The notes beneath the pieces were generated by a model. The model was not told where the DNA came from. It did not search any database and saw nothing but the letters and a program-made list of their open reading frames with translations. The translations under genes were made by a program, and so were the position numbers. From Fimicolochytrium jonesii (lineage: Eukaryota), in contig NW_026515675.1 in assembly GCF_025526975.1 (NCBI RefSeq), positions 496,001 through 560,000 on the forward strand: a stretch of DNA of 64,000 nt, given 5' to 3'. Shown here one piece after another: positions 61,259 to 64,000 of the stretch; the stretch's first letter is position 1, and each line of letters begins with the position of its first letter.

Positions 61259-61693
61259 ATGGGCATGTTCATGCGGTTGGTGGCCAAGGACAGGCTGCGG
61301 AGGTATGGTACATCCAGAAAACACAAGCAGCAGTTGCAGATTCGCTTCCCACGTCGCTTCCATTACTCATTTTCTCATTCCATTACAGCTGGGTAGTGAT
61401 CATCAGCGTCACCCCAACATTCTGCTACCTCACCTACCTCACCTACAAGCGAGGTACGTCTCTTCCATCTCTCTTCTTCACAGCCTAGCGTCGCTTGCCC
61501 ACATCGTTGTCTTCCCATTCGCAATATCTCACCCTCTCTCTTCCTAGTGATCCTCGGCGAAGGCCCCAAACCACGCCCAATAGCAGAGGAGCTCGCACGG
61601 GTGGAGGCGGCAAACAGGGGTGTGCCTGCGGGGATCTACACTACGGCGCCGGCGCCGCCACAACAGCCGGCTGCTGAAGCTGGGCAGGGGTGA
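61259..61693 (+). CDS. Small (84 aa) single-pass membrane protein missed by the ORF track
   Basis: Exons 61259-61302, 61389-61453 and 61548-61693 with GTATGG..CAG and GTACGT..TAG introns give MGMFMRLVAKDRLRSWVVIISVTPTFCYLTYLTYKRVILGEGPKPRPIAEELARVEAANRG...*. Confidence 0.75.
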
Positions 61694-61845
61694 TAGGTCA
61701 CGTTTGCGCGTTTAGTCATCAGGACCAGAACGCTACTAAGGAGAGGGTTTTTGGAAAGCACGGGTGCATATGGGGAAGGATAGAGGAAGGGGTAGATGTT
61801 GGACGGGATGTAATTGTTCGGCGCGGGGTGTCGGCATCGACACAA

Positions 61846-61870
61846 GGGGGGGGGGGGGGGGGGGGGGGGG
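61846..61870 (+). repeat. G25 homopolymer
   Basis: 25 consecutive G, immediately after a GTGTCG-gcat-CGACAC hairpin (61828-61843). Confidence 0.95.
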
Positions 61871-62376
61871 TTTGGAATTCCCAGCGGTGCATGGACTCGC
61901 CGCCTGCGAACGGACCGCACCCGTCCAGCTCAACGGGTATTCGAGTCTTGCGGTCGGTCGGAACGGCGTATAGATCTGTCTGGATCTCGCGTCTGCAGAG
62001 AGCAGAAAACCACGCGGAATTCCCGTGTTTCACGAGCTGTCATTGAGCCAATGGGAACATGTCTATAGATCATCAGAAGCTACGAAGGACTTGACTTCCG
62101 CAGGAGCAGGTCAATTGTAATTGCAACGCATTAATAGTATTTATCTAGTCAGTGTGAGGCAGACAATGCCGGGGTCATTGATGGAGTGTGATGGTATGAT
62201 ACAACGTGAAGGAGGCCAATGATAGAACATCAGCCGTGCGTCTATCGCCAGGATCTATGCAAGTGATGTTATGACGGGTGGCGTTACGTTGGAAATCCGA
62301 TGAAGGGCTTTCACTGGTGAGCTGTAGGCTCCTTCGTTGCACCGGTCGGTTTGATTGATGATGACTCGCCTGTCGT

Positions 62377-64000
62377 TCAAGGCCCCGTCTTCTCAGACGT
62401 CGCGGCCGGCTTGGGAGCAGGAATGGCAATCGAAGGCTTCGGGGTATCCTCATCTTCAACCTTCGTGGCCTCATGCATCGCAGCCAACTCATCCACCGCA
62501 ACATTGTGCTGAATCTCCCTAATCTGCTCTACAGCCTCTTCCGCAACCTTCTTCCCACGGGCGGCAACCCGCTTAATAGCGCCTGCCGTCTCCCCGTGCC
62601 CTTCCTTCTCGGCTTCCTCAGCCAAGAACAAAATTTCGCTCATGGCCACAACCCCATCGCCGTCCGCGTCAAGCTTCATGACGATCCGCTTGATCCTCTC
62701 GTCATCAGGGTGGTCGCGAATGAGTTGGATCGCCTGTTCCAGTTCCGCGATGGTGATTTTACCCTGGGAGTCGGGTCGGACGAGGTTGAGATTCGATCCG
62801 TGTTCCAAGTCGTATTTGGCACAATCGGCTTCGAGCCTGGAGACCATTTTGTCGATACGGTCCCCGATCTCGTTAGTTGATTTGGCGGTTTCTTTTTGCG
62901 TCACCTGTTTTAGCTCCTCAACGTCCTTTAAGGGTTGCGTTAGATGCTTTCATCATGCGACCAGAAACCAAGCGCCCATCCCGGGATTTCCTACCTCTTT
63001 GTACTCCCTACGCTCTTCCTTCAATTGTGCAAGGGGAGCTCTGATGTCATCCACGGCGGACGGATTGGTGATAACTTTCAGTACTTGACTCAACCGTGTC
63101 AGTTCCTCGTCAGTCATATGAAGAGCGTCCTCCTCCTCAATGATGGTCTACAGAGAGTCCAAGTTTGTCAATGAAGAGCATAAAGCAGACAAGAATTTGC
63201 TGTATCACCAACCTGTGCCTGATGTTCCGTTTGTCTTGTGCGAACTTGCTCGACCAAAGGCAACTGCTCAGCAGCCTCTTGTTCTTCCTTCGCGCGCTTC
63301 AGAGCCGCTTCTTCCTCCTCTTTGGCCTTCTTGGCCTCAGCGATGGCCTGTGGAACAAGTGTGATATGTTTGTCAATAACGGTAACCCTCCAAACCGTCG
63401 AGTCACGTGGCAGTACTCACCGCTTCCTGCTCCAATTCGTCCTGTATCAGTTCTTCCTGTTCTTGCAACACGCTCAGCCTCTGCTTGTACGTGGCTGACC
63501 CTTCGGCCTCAGAAATATGCAACTGAGCCTCGTTCACCACTTGATGCGGCAAAGACGACAACGTAGCCTGCAAAGCTTCCGCGTTGCCCTTCAACGCCGC
63601 ATCTTTATCGGTCGGAATGCGATCGCTCAGTTGGAAAGCGCGGCTGAGGATTAAGAGAGACGAGGAGATGTTGTGGTTGACGTGAAGGTCAAGCCATTGT
63701 TCTAGCTCTGCCCTCATGCGAGCAGGTGACACGCCCGTCGTCCTGATACCGCGAGAGATGCAGACTTGCTGCAGTTCAGGTAGCGACAACTTCTCTGCTC
63801 CGCCTTCTGCAATAATGACTCGGTCGTCCTGCTCCAGGTAGTTGAGTCGTCGCTGAATTTGGTGGCGAAGGAAGCTGTCTGTGCCGAATGCTTGAATGTT
63901 CATATACTTGGCCATGCTGACGAGTTGTGGCCGAGACAGATTGCTGAGGGTCAACTCGTCTGGGAACTTCTTCGCAATTCGTAAAATCTCCTCGGATGAA
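62377..64000 (-). CDS. LETM1: LETM1/Mdm38 mitochondrial inner-membrane protein (5' part outside window)
   Basis: KFPDELTLSNLSRPQLVSMAKYM..FGTDSFLRHQI..DDRVI..ELQQVCISRG..LEQWLDLH..SSLLILSRAF; coiled coil; C-terminal EF-hand KLDADGDGVVAMSE. Confidence 0.95.

Noticed and set aside
1..64000. tRNA, rRNA, CRISPR arrays, TPP riboswitch, TGA-CTA readthrough PTS1 extensions, and the many antisense ORFs in the track
   Set aside because: No matching signatures seen by eye; antisense ORFs are shadows of GC-rich coding exons. A tRNAscan/Infernal run would be needed to exclude small RNAs formally

Overview
Gene-dense eukaryotic DNA with many short GT-AG introns. It is fungal (Gcn4/Cpc1-type bZIP with uORFs, Arx1, RIB1, WSC-type sensor) and also encodes the motile-cilium protein CFAP91 and animal-like CstF-50, so it most likely comes from a zoosporic (chytrid-type) fungus; the species cannot be determined from the sequence. 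I could reconstruct about 25 protein-coding genes by hand, including cpc-1/GCN4, a bacterial-type Fe-S L-serine dehydratase, NFS1, an OSCA/TMEM63 channel, two 2OG-Fe(II) oxygenases, a CAT-type amino-acid permease, RAD18, cyclin B, kanadaptin, alkaline ceramidase, an ArfGAP-UBA protein, a mitochondrial carrier, ARX1, CFAP91, CSTF1, PHF5A, RIB1, XMAP215/STU2 and LETM1 (partial). The most striking locus is 50.2-52.9 kb. It holds a frameshifted minus-strand remnant with the motif order of a Fanzor1/TnpB RNA-guided RuvC nuclease, a 12-bp hairpin on its 3' side (possible omegaRNA position), and a perfect TA-flanked Tc1/mariner-type MITE on its 5' side. The MITE carries a Gcn4 site and lies next to a cluster of Gcn4 sites and two uORFs upstream of RIB1. 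Other leads are a PHF5A with unusual substitutions, a four-TOG XMAP215 apparently lacking TOG3, a ZZ-finger/prolyl-hydroxylase fusion, a perfect three-way-junction intron and a long hairpin upstream of STU2. All assignments come from manual reading and recalled family motifs; no searches were run.
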